Source: a virus
DNA: 57,692 nucleotides
Virus record (IMG/VR): IMGVR_UViG_3300037755_000365
Location: 1-57,692 of that record
Strand: one strand, 5' to 3'
Shown one piece after another: positions 16,140 through 24,846 of the stretch. The translations under genes and the position numbers were made by a program. Below the pieces are notes generated by a model. It worked only from the letters and a program-made list of their open reading frames with translations. It was not told the origin of the DNA and ran no database searches. Within the stretch, counting starts at the first letter, position 1. Each line of letters opens with the position of its first letter.

Positions 16140-16455
16140 ATCCAATCTCCTGCGCCACGTCTCGGGCGCGTTCTCGATCTTCCTCGTAACACAGCCGCGC
16201 GTACTCGAAAGCCTTCTCCACGCCCGACTCGTCGATGACCATGCGCCGAAACAGCAGGCCGACTTCGGCAAGATCGCCGTCGCGCGTGAGAGAGAAAAGC
16301 TCCGATAGCTTTTTCCAGTCCGCCGTAATCTCGCCCGTGTCTGATTGGTGAGCCGTGAAGTACGCAATCGCAAGCTCAAACTGATCGCAGCCCGGTACTT
16401 GGCGCCATCTTGCGTATTGCTCGGCGAGCTGGCGAAGGTGCTTGTCGAAGGTCAT
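16129..16455 (-). CDS. hypothetical protein
   Basis: ATG at 16455 (MTFDKHLRQLAEQ..), ATGA coupling to upstream gene. Confidence 0.5.
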   Translation of the reverse strand: MTFDKHLRQLAEQYARWRQVPGCDQFELAIAYFTAHQSDTGEITADWKKLSELFSLTRDGDLAEVGLLFRRMVIDESGVEKAFEYARLCYEEDRERARDVAQEIGYGR

Positions 16456-16721
16456 GGTTGCTTGTCGTAATTCATCACGTACTCTTTCGCCTCTTCCTTC
16501 GAGACTTCTTTGCCATCCCAGTCGAGATAGACCGTCTCGAAGTCGCCCGCGTCGATCAGGTCGCAAATGAGTTGCTTCTGCTCGAGCGTGTCGTGGTGCA
16601 AGGCCGCGCTGAACGAGTGGCCCAAGCTGGCCCACTTTTGCAACAGCTCCCTGGCCTTGTCGCTCTCGAAGTGCCACGACTTCAGGCTTCCCCACTTCAG
16701 CGTCAAGTACTCGTCGCTCAT
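16452..16721 (-). CDS. hypothetical protein
   Basis: ATG at 16721 (MSDEYLTLKWG..). Confidence 0.5.
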   Translation of the reverse strand: MSDEYLTLKWGSLKSWHFESDKARELLQKWASLGHSFSAALHHDTLEQKQLICDLIDAGDFETVYLDWDGKEVSKEEAKEYVMNYDKQP

Positions 16722-16879
16722 GCCTGCGCCCTCTCCGAAACCGTCTCGCCCCAAGGCGCAGGCTCGGCCACGAGATTCCCGTCGCGGTTCACGATGTGGA
16801 AACCGATTCGCGCAAATGCTTCGGCTAAGTCCATGACCTTGATTCGGTCGTCTACGAATATCTGTGTGTGGTCATCCAT
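16718..16879 (-). CDS. hypothetical protein
   Basis: ATG at 16879 (MDDHTQIFVDD..). Confidence 0.4.
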   Translation of the reverse strand: MDDHTQIFVDDRIKVMDLAEAFARIGFHIVNRDGNLVAEPAPWGETVSERAQA

Positions 16880-17111
16880 GAGGAACCTCTTTCGGTTGGA
16901 ACGTTGGGCACTTCTCCGGCATATGCTTGCGCCAGATGTACCCGCCCTTAAGAACGACTGGCTCGCCGTTGCGGTGACGAAAGTCGCCAACGAAAGCGCG
17001 CGGCACGTGGACTACCTTTTCCCATGTGCAGCGACCAGGCCGGTGGGGATTAACGCGACCGTTCTTGGTCAACTCCCATTTGGCATGCTTGCATTCCGAG
17101 CAACTGTTCAC
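16872..17111 (-). CDS. hypothetical Cys-containing protein
   Basis: 79 aa; MNSCSECKHAKW. Confidence 0.5.
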   Translation of the reverse strand: MNSCSECKHAKWELTKNGRVNPHRPGRCTWEKVVHVPRAFVGDFRHRNGEPVVLKGGYIWRKHMPEKCPTFQPKEVPHG

Positions 17112-17368
17112 TCCGGCACCCCCGACTCAATGCGGCGCTTCTCTCTCGCCGCGGCTTGGTACTGTTCCTCGATGCCCTGTGGCGTCGATGCGCCGTAGCC
17201 CGGTATCGAGCGCGGGTTCTTGCGGTAGAACGCGTCCTGGCGTTCGAGGCTGAGCATGATTGCGTCGTCGTGCCCGCAATCGCACCGGAGCTTCCCGTGC
17301 TCGTCGCGAGGACAGGGACGTTGGTTTCGGTCGCAATAGCTTCCGCTGACGACGTGGCGTAGGGTCAT
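17108..17368 (-). CDS. hypothetical protein
   Basis: 86-aa ORF, overlapping stops/starts both sides. Confidence 0.5.
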   Translation of the reverse strand: MTLRHVVSGSYCDRNQRPCPRDEHGKLRCDCGHDDAIMLSLERQDAFYRKNPRSIPGYGASTPQGIEEQYQAAAREKRRIESGVPE

Positions 17369-17709
17369 AGGTTGGCCTCGATGTAGTCGGCGATCGCAGA
17401 GAACGGCTCACCGTTGTCATTCATATTGGCGAGCTCCAAAGCGTCGGCATACTTAAAGCCAGCGCGTTCGTATACCGATGGATCGAAGTGGCCCTCCGGT
17501 AGATCCCCGTCGTCGTCACCAACGCGATCCTCGACAGGCGGCAACCATGCATCTTCCCCGTGCTCCCACTGAGCATCAGGAGCAAGCACGTCGTACAGCA
17601 CGCCCAGGCAGCAATAGGTTTCGTCGTGGGCGCGCAGGAATCCTTCGCCCTGCTCGTACTTCCCGCTCCGCAACGCCTCGACCCACTTCGCTTTCAACTC
17701 GGGATTCAT
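17365..17709 (-). CDS. conserved phage hypothetical protein
   Basis: ATG at 17709; KWVEALRSGKYEQGEGFLR..YCCLGVLYD pattern seen in many phage ORFs. Confidence 0.6.
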   Translation of the reverse strand: MNPELKAKWVEALRSGKYEQGEGFLRAHDETYCCLGVLYDVLAPDAQWEHGEDAWLPPVEDRVGDDDGDLPEGHFDPSVYERAGFKYADALELANMNDNGEPFSAIADYIEANL

Positions 17710-17795
17710 ATCTGTACTCCACAAGCCAAAATCAGCAGCACAAGAAAGGCGATGCCGATGGCGTAGTCCTTTAGGGTTGGGTGCTGCTGAATCAC
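17706..17795 (-). CDS. 29-aa hydrophobic peptide (below cutoff)
   Basis: Hand translation VIQQHPTLKDYAIGIAFLVLLILACGVQI; GTGA and ATGA coupling at both ends. Confidence 0.3.
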   Translation of the reverse strand: MIQQHPTLKDYAIGIAFLVLLILACGVQI

Positions 17796-18019
17796 GGCAC
17801 AAATCCGTCGCATCGATTGCAGATTCCGTCCTCGTCGTCGATGTACGGCACGCCGTGCGGACAGCTATCCGGGGACAGAGCATCATTCGCGACGCTGTAG
17901 ATGGCGGCGAGCACCTTGTGCTGGTCCTCCTCGAAACCCTCTTTGGAGGCGTCTGCTAGCCGGCGGCATTCCTCTAACGCTCCGCGAAGTGTTTGTCTGC
18001 TGTCCTGATTCTCGTTCAT
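17792..18019 (-). CDS. hypothetical protein
   Basis: 75-aa ORF. Confidence 0.5.
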   Translation of the reverse strand: MNENQDSRQTLRGALEECRRLADASKEGFEEDQHKVLAAIYSVANDALSPDSCPHGVPYIDDEDGICNRCDGFVP

Positions 18020-18195
18020 CCTCTAACCCCTCGCGTTTCGGCCAGAAGCAACTTGATCCTTTGGGCGCTCGTTTCGTTTTCGCGCCGGATCATGTCGCAG
18101 AATCGACATGCGTTACGGTGACACGGCTGCACAGCAGTCAGGTCGTTGGTGCAGTCATACCGGCGTGAGTCGGGGAAACGGATAACGTTGTTCAT
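18016..18195 (-). CDS. 59-aa Cys-containing protein (one residue below cutoff)
   Basis: Hand translation MNNVIRFPDSRRYDCTNDLTAVQPCHRNACRFCDMIRREN..; ATGA coupling at both ends. Confidence 0.4.
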   Translation of the reverse strand: MNNVIRFPDSRRYDCTNDLTAVQPCHRNACRFCDMIRRENETSAQRIKLLLAETRGVRG

Positions 18196-18608
18196 GCTGT
18201 TTTGCCTCGCGTAGACAGTGAACTAATGGCGTCCACAGGATCGGTAAGCGGCATGAGGTGCTTGCAAGGAACCCAAAACGGCTTCGGGTGTCCGTCGTCA
18301 TCAGGCGTAACGAGTGCCACGAAACCATCGCGTCCGCGCATCAGCCGCAGATCAAGACTTGCCCCGGAGGCGTAGCGGAACACGTCGTGCTCGTAGGGCG
18401 ATTGCTTGTGTACGGTTACCGATCCGGTCCGGCCTTTGTGTTTCCGGCCGCCTTCTACCGTCACGCGCAATCCGCGATAGATGCGGTCGTCCGGCACGAT
18501 GTTGGTGAGTGCTTGCCAGTATTCGCGCGAACCAAAACGAATTTCGTTGTTGCTCTGTTGCTCGCTCACTTCTCCCTCCCGTTCAGAACCGTCGTTCGGT
18601 CGTTGCAT
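18192..18608 (-). CDS. first gene of leftward early operon, hypothetical
   Basis: 138-aa ORF, 295-nt untranslated region upstream. Confidence 0.55.
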   Translation of the reverse strand: MQRPNDGSEREGEVSEQQSNNEIRFGSREYWQALTNIVPDDRIYRGLRVTVEGGRKHKGRTGSVTVHKQSPYEHDVFRYASGASLDLRLMRGRDGFVALVTPDDDGHPKPFWVPCKHLMPLTDPVDAISSLSTRGKTA

Positions 18609-18738
18609 TTGCTACTCAGCGAAACACGGCGTTAATATGGGCTGTCTCGACTTGCCGACAAGAACAATGCGGGGGCGGAACCGTGACGATTCTCGATTCG
18701 ACCTGACTGGTTGCCCTGTGCGTTCAGCATGGGGCCAG

Positions 18739-18765
18739 AGTATAGCAAGCTAGGTATCACGTCAA
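18739..18765 (-). promoter_or_regulatory. candidate leftward early promoter (PL-like)
   Basis: On minus strand TTGACG-15 nt-TATACT; -10 embedded in CTAGcttGCTATACTC motif also found at the rightward promoter; flanked by GTATAGC/GCTATAC inverted repeat. Confidence 0.4.
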
Positions 18766-18903
18766 GCAAGCTATACCGCCAAAGCGAAAAAAGGCGGTAA
18801 GGAGGACGTATCGTGGCCTCAGACCGTGGGTATCGGCGCTATCGGATGGTTGAAAACGTGGCCTGGGTGGACTTCAGGCCGTGCGATCGGTGCCTGCGAG
18901 GGC

Positions 18904-19152
18904 CTAGCGAGGCTTGCGCGACGTGCTGCGCGGGGTCTCGCGCTCTGACGGTGGACCGAAGAGAAGATATTCTTGAGTCGTGCCGAGCACTTGTGAAAGC
19001 GCTAGAAACGTCACGTTTTTGACGTTCTTGGTGATGTCTTTTTCCCATTGGTGAACAGCGCCCTTAGTGACTCCGAGCTGAGCCGCTAGCTGTTCCTGCG
19101 TCAGTCCCTTCGATTCTCGAAGGACTCGTATCCGTTCGCCCATCGTGCTCAT
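18904..19152 (-). CDS. CI-like XRE-family repressor
   Basis: ATG at 19152; ERIRVLRESKGLTQEQLAAQLGVTKGAVHQWEK; divergent from Cro-like gene. Confidence 0.75.
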   Translation of the reverse strand: MSTMGERIRVLRESKGLTQEQLAAQLGVTKGAVHQWEKDITKNVKNVTFLALSQVLGTTQEYLLFGPPSERETPRSTSRKPR

Positions 19153-19186
19153 GCCGGTAGCGTAAACCTGCGCCGCAGGAGCATAC

Positions 19187-19214
19187 TTGATTTGTCGGTC
19201 TAGTAAGCTATACT
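19187..19214 (+). promoter_or_regulatory. candidate rightward early promoter (PR-like)
   Basis: TTGATT-16 nt-TATACT; -10 ends 10 nt before the ATG at 19225, implying a (near) leaderless mRNA. Confidence 0.5.
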
Positions 19215-19224
19215 CGGCGCTACC

Positions 19225-19428
19225 ATGCTGAAGTCTGATGTCATCAATCACTACGGGTCCGCTCCTAAAGTCGCAGAGGCTCTTGGGCTCACAAAAGCGG
19301 CCGTTTACGCCTGGGACGATCTGGTTCCGCCGCTGAGTGCCGCGAAGCTGCACAAGCTGACGCGCGGAAGACTGAAGTTCGATCCTGACGTTTACGACGG
19401 CTGGAATAACCGCAAGGCAACCGCCTAG
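19225..19428 (+). CDS. Cro/YdaS-type HTH regulator
   Basis: VINHYGSAPKVAEALGLTKAAVYAWDD; divergent to repressor. Confidence 0.7.
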   Translation: MLKSDVINHYGSAPKVAEALGLTKAAVYAWDDLVPPLSAAKLHKLTRGRLKFDPDVYDGWNNRKATA

Positions 19429-19528
19429 TTCTCGTTATGACGAGAACCCTACACCAGCCGATCGACTCCGTGTCGCAAATGCGACATAACTCAACAGCTT
19501 ACGTAAATCATCCCCGCTGTGCGCTCGA

Positions 19529-19741
19529 ATGGATGGCGAGGATCAAGTGAGCACCAACACCGAATGGATCGACATCAGCGTAACCGCCGAGACGGACAGG
19601 GCGGTCCTGCTGAGCAACGGAAAGGACGAGGCGTGGATTCCCCGCTCGCAGATCGTGGACGAGGAAGAACCTTTGCGGAAGGGCGTCGAGACTCGTGTCG
19701 AGCTGCCGGTGTGGTTGCTCGAAAAGTCGGGGCTCGTGTGA
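19529..19741 (+). CDS. hypothetical protein
   Basis: 70-aa ORF. Confidence 0.5.
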   Translation: MDGEDQVSTNTEWIDISVTAETDRAVLLSNGKDEAWIPRSQIVDEEEPLRKGVETRVELPVWLLEKSGLV

Positions 19742-19896
19742 ATCCAATGATCCCCCGCCCCCTTCCGGCAGAGCCCGTTACCAGAAGGTGGCGATTTCGA
19801 TTTATGGACGGTGAGGCGTGGAATGCAGACACGCAGGCGACGGGGGCCGCAGGGTTAGGCATCGCGAGGTGCCCGAATGCAAGGGTGGATTTATGA
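19738..19896 (+). CDS. 52-aa hypothetical (below cutoff as separate gene)
   Basis: GTG overlaps upstream stop (GTGA); stop overlaps next ATG. Confidence 0.3.
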   Translation: MNPMIPRPLPAEPVTRRWRFRFMDGEAWNADTQATGAAGLGIARCPNARVDL

Positions 19897-20009
19897 CCGG
19901 TCATTCCACCCCCAAGGGACCGGACCGTAAATGCCGAAAGGCCAGAGTGAACCTGCAAGCCGGAGTAGCGCCCGGCCACCGTCCGCCTTTGCTCCGGGAG
20001 CGCACATGA
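19893..20009 (+). CDS. 38-aa basic hypothetical
   Basis: ATGA coupling at both ends. Confidence 0.3.
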   Translation: MTGHSTPKGPDRKCRKARVNLQAGVAPGHRPPLLRERT

Positions 20010-20185
20010 GCCTCAACATCCCACTCGTCAACCGCGAGGGCGTTCTCCGTCTCGCTCCGTGGGTAGTGGCGAATCCGAGCAAGCTCACCGATGCCGAGCT
20101 CGACACGATCGGGCGACGGCTCCTCGAGGATCAGCCGGTTTCATTCGTCGAGCGCCGGCCGTTCAATGACGACCACCTGTCGTGA
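20006..20185 (+). CDS. hypothetical protein
   Basis: ATG at 20006 (MSLNIPLVNREG..). Confidence 0.45.
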   Translation: MSLNIPLVNREGVLRLAPWVVANPSKLTDAELDTIGRRLLEDQPVSFVERRPFNDDHLS

Positions 20186-20280
20186 GCCCCGACACCCAGA
20201 AAAACGTGCTCGCTGCCGTTGCTCTAGTGCTCCTTGGAGTGTTTATCGGCCTTGGTATATCGGGAGGGCTCTACGCGTGA
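20182..20280 (+). CDS. 32-aa TM peptide (below cutoff)
   Basis: VSPDTQKNVLAAVALVLLGVFIGLGISGGLYA; GTGA coupling at both ends. Confidence 0.3.
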   Translation: MSPDTQKNVLAAVALVLLGVFIGLGISGGLYA

Positions 20281-20444
20281 GACCACTTAATCCTGAGACG
20301 CTTTTTTCCGGCAAGTACGGCGCACCGAAAGTATCCGAGCTGCGTAAGCGGCTGAGCGAAGCATGGCGATGTAGAGCCGATCCAGAAGTCGTTCGCGGGT
20401 TGACTCTGCAGGCCCTCGAGGAGTTCAAGCGAAAGCGCAAATGA
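20277..20444 (+). CDS. hypothetical protein
   Basis: GTG at 20277; VRPLNPETLFSGKYGAPKVSELRKRL.. Confidence 0.4.
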   Translation: MRPLNPETLFSGKYGAPKVSELRKRLSEAWRCRADPEVVRGLTLQALEEFKRKRK

Positions 20445-20448
20445 GACA

Positions 20449-21288
20449 TTGGAACACGGACAGCTCGATCAAGGCGGACACGCGCTATCCGCGGTGGCTC
20501 AAATGGGCTGCTCGTCAACGGTGGATTCCGAATTGGGCAATGCGCATTTTGTGGCGGCTTGCCTGATGTACGGCAAGATTTTCTCGTCCATGTATGACGG
20601 CAGCCTGTACGGCCAGTGGGAAGCCATCGTGACTTTCCAGCAAATGATCGTGCTTGCCGATGCCGAGGGATACGTGGACATGACACCTCAAGCTCTAGCC
20701 GCGCGCACGAGCATCCCACTTGAGATTATCCAGAAGGGCATCGAGCTACTGCTTAGCCCTGACAAGTATAGCCGAACTCCAGACTGCGATGGGCGACGGA
20801 TAGAACTCGTCGACGACGCGCGACCGTGGGGATGGCGGGTAGTCAATCACCGGAAATACAGGCAGATGGCCTCGGCCGAGGAAAAACGCGAAGCGGATCG
20901 GATCCGTATCGCCGAAAAGAGAGCAGCCGAAGTGAAGTCGCAACCTGTCGCGGGGCGTCGCAACGTGTCGCAGCCAGTCGCGGATGTCGCACATGCAGAT
21001 GCAGATACAGATACAGAAGCAAAGAAGAAGGGCGCGCGAGGCGCGAACCCGCCGGCAGGACTGAATTCCGAAGCATGGGAGCGGTGGAGGCAATACCGTC
21101 GCGAGATTCGCAAGCCGATCAAGTCAGCTTCAATGCTGGCCGCCCAACGCAAGTTGGCCGGATACGGTGCGGATCAAGCAGCGATCGTTGAGCAGTCAAT
21201 CGCGAATGGCTGGACGGGACTGTTCGCGCTGAAGGACAAGCCGAACGGGAAGCACACGCCGCCCGTCGATGATGGGGTCTACACCTGA
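20449..21288 (+). CDS. replication initiation / replisome-organizer-like protein
   Basis: KIFSSMYDGSLYGQWEAIVTFQQMIVLADAEGYVDMTPQALAARTSIPLEII..RPWGWRVVNHRKYR; start uncertain (TTG 20449, ATG 20503 or 20566); precedes primase-helicase. Confidence 0.65.
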   Translation: MEHGQLDQGGHALSAVAQMGCSSTVDSELGNAHFVAACLMYGKIFSSMYDGSLYGQWEAIVTFQQMIVLADAEGYVDMTPQALAARTSIPLEIIQKGIELLLSPDKYSRTPDCDGRRIELVDDARPWGWRVVNHRKYRQMASAEEKREADRIRIAEKRAAEVKSQPVAGRRNVSQPVADVAHADADTDTEAKKKGARGANPPAGLNSEAWERWRQYRREIRKPIKSASMLAAQRKLAGYGADQAAIVEQSIANGWTGLFALKDKPNGKHTPPVDDGVYT

Positions 21289-23090
21289 TGCAGGCCGCCG
21301 AGATCGCGCGACTGCTTGCCGGCGACGTTGAGGGCGTCTGCCGGTACCTGCTGCCGGGCGGAAAGCGCGACAACCACGAGTGGCGCGCGGGATCCGTAGG
21401 GGGCGAGTCCGGCAAGAGCTTGGGCGTGCATCTCACGGGCGAGAAGGCGGGCATATGGGCCGACTTTGCCGGCGACGGCAAGGGCGACTTGCTCGACCTG
21501 TGGCGCGAGAGTCGCGGCGTCGATTTGCCGGATGCGATGCGCGAGGCGTGCGCGTATCTCGGGATCCCGGAGCCGACGTTCGTCAGCGGCAAAGCGCCTG
21601 TGTGCAAGCCGATCGAGAAGCCGCAATGCACGGATCCGCGCGACGAGGTTGCGGCGTGGCTCGAGGAGCGCGGGATCAGCCTCGACGCGCAGGAAGCGTA
21701 CAAGCTCCGGGCGAATGGTGACGAGGTTCTGTTGCCGTACTTTCGTGACGGCGAGCTTGTGGCGGTCAAGTACCGGAACATCCGCGACAAATCCCGGATG
21801 CGTGTCGAGAAGGGCGGCGCCATGCCGCTGTTCGGATGGCAGGCGATACCGGACGACGCGCGCTCCGTGGTGCTGACCGAGGGCGAGCTTGATGCCGTGG
21901 CGTCGTGGCAGATGGGCTACCCGGCGCTGTCTGTTCCGAACGGGGCTCAGGGCTTGACGTGGATCGAGGTCGAGTACGGGGCGCTTGAGCGATTCGACGT
22001 GATCTACGTCTGGATGGACGCCGACGAGCAAGGGCAGATTGCGTCCCGGAAGATCGTCGACCGTCTCGGGGCCCACCGGTGCCGCGTGGTCAAGCAGACG
22101 AGCGGCAAGGACGCGAACGACGCGCTGCTGAAACGGCTCGATGCCGGCGATCTCATCAAGCGAGCGCAGACGCTGGATCCGGCCGAGCTAAAGTCAGCCG
22201 GGACGTTCACGGACGAGGTTATCCGGGCGTTCTACCCGCCCGATGATTTCGTGCCGGGGATCCTGCCGCCGTGGGGAAAGGCCGAAGGCAAGATTCTTTT
22301 GCGGCCGGCCGAGCTGACGATCATCACGGGCATCAACGGCCACGGCAAAAGCATCCTGGCTTCGCAGATAGCCCTTGATGCGTGCTGGCAGGGGAACCGG
22401 TGTTGTATCGCCTCGATGGAGATGCAGCCGAAGCTCACTTTGCAACGGATGGTCCGGCAGGCAGCGGCGCTCAACGGTGCCATTGACGGAAATCCGCTGC
22501 CGTCCATCCCGTTCATCCGCGCGATTCAAGGCTGGCTCGATGAGCGTCTGTGGCTCTTTGCCGTGACCGGGACGGCCAAGGTCGAGCGAATGATGCAGGT
22601 GTTCGAGTACGCGCAGAAGCGGTACGAGATTGGCCTATTCGTCGTGGATTCGCTCGCGAAGTGCGGACTCGCTGAGGACGACTACAACGGCCAGAAATCG
22701 TTCGTGGAGCGCCTCAAGGACTTCACGATCGAGACCGGTGCCCACGTGCTGCTGATTACCCATCCGCGGAAGTCGAGCAGCGAGGACGATCAGCCAGGAA
22801 AGATGGACGTTCGGGGGGCTCAGTCCATCACCGACATGGCCGACAACGGCTGCTCGCTGTGGCGTAACAAGCGCAAAGAGGAAGCCGCGCAAAAGCCCGA
22901 GGACAAGCGCACCGATGCCGACGAGAAGCAGCTCGAGCGGCCAGACGCGTTCTTGACGTGGTGGAAATCCCGCAACGGATCCTGGGAGGGGAAGTTCGCG
23001 CTGTGGTGGCACGAGTCCTCGCAGCAGTACGTCGAGTCGGAGCGCGGCAGGCCGAAAACCTACGTCAACTACCAGGCGAGAGTCGCATGA
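21288..23090 (+). CDS. bifunctional Toprim primase / RecA-fold (DnaB/gp4-like) helicase
   Basis: Toprim VVLTEGELDAVASW, Walker A GINGHGKS, Walker B LFVVDSL; 600 aa. Confidence 0.85.
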   Translation: MQAAEIARLLAGDVEGVCRYLLPGGKRDNHEWRAGSVGGESGKSLGVHLTGEKAGIWADFAGDGKGDLLDLWRESRGVDLPDAMREACAYLGIPEPTFVSGKAPVCKPIEKPQCTDPRDEVAAWLEERGISLDAQEAYKLRANGDEVLLPYFRDGELVAVKYRNIRDKSRMRVEKGGAMPLFGWQAIPDDARSVVLTEGELDAVASWQMGYPALSVPNGAQGLTWIEVEYGALERFDVIYVWMDADEQGQIASRKIVDRLGAHRCRVVKQTSGKDANDALLKRLDAGDLIKRAQTLDPAELKSAGTFTDEVIRAFYPPDDFVPGILPPWGKAEGKILLRPAELTIITGINGHGKSILASQIALDACWQGNRCCIASMEMQPKLTLQRMVRQAAALNGAIDGNPLPSIPFIRAIQGWLDERLWLFAVTGTAKVERMMQVFEYAQKRYEIGLFVVDSLAKCGLAEDDYNGQKSFVERLKDFTIETGAHVLLITHPRKSSSEDDQPGKMDVRGAQSITDMADNGCSLWRNKRKEEAAQKPEDKRTDADEKQLERPDAFLTWWKSRNGSWEGKFALWWHESSQQYVESERGRPKTYVNYQARVA

Positions 23091-23254
23091 ATGTTCCACG
23101 TGAGCGCCGTCCGACCATCGACGAGATAGCGGCCGAGATCAAGCGCGAGCGGAAGGGAAAGCGGGCGAGGCCGAAGAAGCGGAAACGTCCAAAGACGAGC
23201 GAGATTTTGAAGGCGCTGGCGACCCTGAAAAAGCTGCACGGTGACGAATCATGA
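23087..23254 (+). CDS. 55-aa highly basic protein
   Basis: ATG at 23087 overlaps helicase stop (ATGA); KRERKGKRARPKKRKRPK. Confidence 0.4.
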   Translation: MNVPRERRPTIDEIAAEIKRERKGKRARPKKRKRPKTSEILKALATLKKLHGDES

Positions 23255-23787
23255 ACCACTCAACCAACGAGTTTAGAACGATCAACAGATTCCCTGGTTA
23301 TAGGTTCTATTCCGATGGCTATGTGATGAGCGCGTGGCAGCCGGCCGGCATGGGCCACGGGATGAAAGTCGGCAGGCATTGGCATCGATTAAAGCCGGGG
23401 ACGGTAAAGGGCTACAAGGTTTTGCGGCTGTCGAATGGGAATGGAACGATTGAGCGGATACAGCTGCACGTTGCAATAGCTGAAGCGTTTTGGGGTCCTA
23501 AGCCGCGCCCAGAAATGGATTGCTGTCACAACGATGGCGATAGGAGTCACTCTGCTCTGAGCAATCTTCGGTATGACACGAAGGCTGGCAACTGTGCTGA
23601 TAAGCACAAGCACGGGACGATGTACGGAGGCGAGCGGCATCACGACGCACGTCTAACTGTTGCCGACGTTCTGAGAATTCGAGAGGAGCGCGGACAGCAA
23701 CCTATCGCTGATGTGGCGCGCCGTTACGGAATCAGCATCCGATCGGTATTCAACGTGCTCAGTCGACATACGTGGAAGCACGTCTGA
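23251..23787 (+). CDS. HNH homing endonuclease (NUMOD4-like N-terminus, HNH_3 core, C-terminal HTH)
   Basis: FRTINRFPGYRFYSDGYVMS; CCHNDGDRSHSALSNLRYDT; C-terminal LTVADVLRIRE..IADVARRYGIS. Confidence 0.8.
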   Translation: MNHSTNEFRTINRFPGYRFYSDGYVMSAWQPAGMGHGMKVGRHWHRLKPGTVKGYKVLRLSNGNGTIERIQLHVAIAEAFWGPKPRPEMDCCHNDGDRSHSALSNLRYDTKAGNCADKHKHGTMYGGERHHDARLTVADVLRIREERGQQPIADVARRYGISIRSVFNVLSRHTWKHV

Positions 23788-24131
23788 TGCGACATTCCAC
23801 GTCGAAACCGACGAAAGCGGAGCAATCGAGGCTTGACAGAATCCATGATCTGCCGTGCCTGTGCTGCGCGATCGAGCAAGTGGCTCAGCCGTTGCCGACC
23901 GAGGCCCATCACCTGACCGACAAGGGCTCTCGAAAGCTCTCAGGCGGGCACATGGCGACGATTCCGCTTTGTTCATGGCATCACCGTGGCGTGCCGATTA
24001 CGGCTCTGACAGCACACTGGATGCGTGCTTACTACGGACCTTCGCTCGCGCTTCACAAGCGGGACTTTAACGACCTGTACGGGACGGATCGGCAGTTGTT
24101 GGAGGACTTCGACACGACGGAGGCTGCGTGA
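23787..24131 (+). CDS. Ref/DUF968-like HNH-type nuclease
   Basis: RLDRIHDLPCLCC .. EAHHLTDKGSRKLSG .. IPLCSWHHRG. Confidence 0.5.
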   Translation: MRHSTSKPTKAEQSRLDRIHDLPCLCCAIEQVAQPLPTEAHHLTDKGSRKLSGGHMATIPLCSWHHRGVPITALTAHWMRAYYGPSLALHKRDFNDLYGTDRQLLEDFDTTEAA

Positions 24132-24424
24132 GGCGAGCGGCGAAGATCGACGGGAATCAACCTGAGATTGTGGCCGACCTGCGCCGCATTCCTGGTTGCA
24201 GCGTGGCGGTGACGTCAGCGGTCGGCAACGGATTCCCTGATCTCGTCATTGGCTACCGAGGCTTTAATTTTTTGGTCGAATTGAAAGACGAGACGCAGCC
24301 GGCACATCGTCACGAATTGACGCCTGAGCAAGCGGAGTTCCATGCGGACTGGAACGGGCAAGTGCTCAAGGCGTTTTCGTTCATGGACATTCTCAATTTC
24401 ATGATCGGCAGGACTGGGCAGTGA
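24128..24424 (+). CDS. small PD-(D/E)xK nuclease (resolvase/VRR-NUC-like)
   Basis: DGNQPEIVADLRR .. GFPDLVIGYRGFNFLVELKD .. LTPEQAEFH. Confidence 0.55.
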   Translation: MRRAAKIDGNQPEIVADLRRIPGCSVAVTSAVGNGFPDLVIGYRGFNFLVELKDETQPAHRHELTPEQAEFHADWNGQVLKAFSFMDILNFMIGRTGQ

Positions 24425-24846
24425 AGCGCCGCCGCGAACTCCAGCACGAGGTTGCCGACGAGAGCGGCATTGAGCTTGCGTTGAAGTGGGCCGGTGAGAT
24501 GGTACGCCGTGGTTTGCCGGCGGGCGCTGTGCTGATTCGCATTACCAGACCCACACGGACGCTCGATCAAAACGCAAAGGTCTGGCCGATGCTGCACGAC
24601 GTGTCGAGACAGGTGGAATGGTACGGCCAGAAGCTCACGCCTGAGGAATGGAAGGACGTATTTACCGCAGCGTTGAAAAAGCAGCGAGCCGTTCCCGGCA
24701 TCGATGGGGGATTCGTGATTCTCGGCGCGCACACGAGCCGGATGACGATTCGGGAATTGTCGGAGCTAGTGGAATTGGTATACGCATTCGGGGCTGACCA
24801 CGACGTGAAGTGGAGCGAGCCAAAGAAGCAGGAGAAAGCCGCATGA
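24421..24846 (+). CDS. ninB: NinB-family recombination protein
   Basis: RPTRTLDQNAKVWPMLHDVSRQVEWYGQKLTPEEWKDVF. Confidence 0.7.
   Translation: MKRRRELQHEVADESGIELALKWAGEMVRRGLPAGAVLIRITRPTRTLDQNAKVWPMLHDVSRQVEWYGQKLTPEEWKDVFTAALKKQRAVPGIDGGFVILGAHTSRMTIRELSELVELVYAFGADHDVKWSEPKKQEKAA

Noticed and set aside
15435-16379. Long N-terminal extensions of track ORFs (15435..16379, 16129..16695, 17365..17886, 18904..19353, 51819..52532, 43455..44993, 29095..31290)
   Set aside because: The extensions are Arg/Ser/Pro-rich and overlap the upstream gene. In each case an internal ATG/GTG sits at a stop-start overlap or behind an SD. The shorter forms were annotated.
19429-19486. Hairpins after the cro-like gene (TTCTCGT-tatg-ACGAGAA at 19429..19446; 16-nt palindrome TGTCGCAAATGCGACA at 19471..19486) as a tR1-like terminator
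   Set aside because: Neither is followed by a T tract. They may be protein-binding or antitermination-related sites, but the evidence is too thin to call a terminator.
20990-21025. Short tandem repeat gcagat/acagat (cacatgcagatgcagatacagatacagaag)
   Set aside because: It lies in frame inside the replication-organizer gene and simply encodes an acidic linker (HADADTDTEAKKK). The copy number is too low to call a functional repeat.
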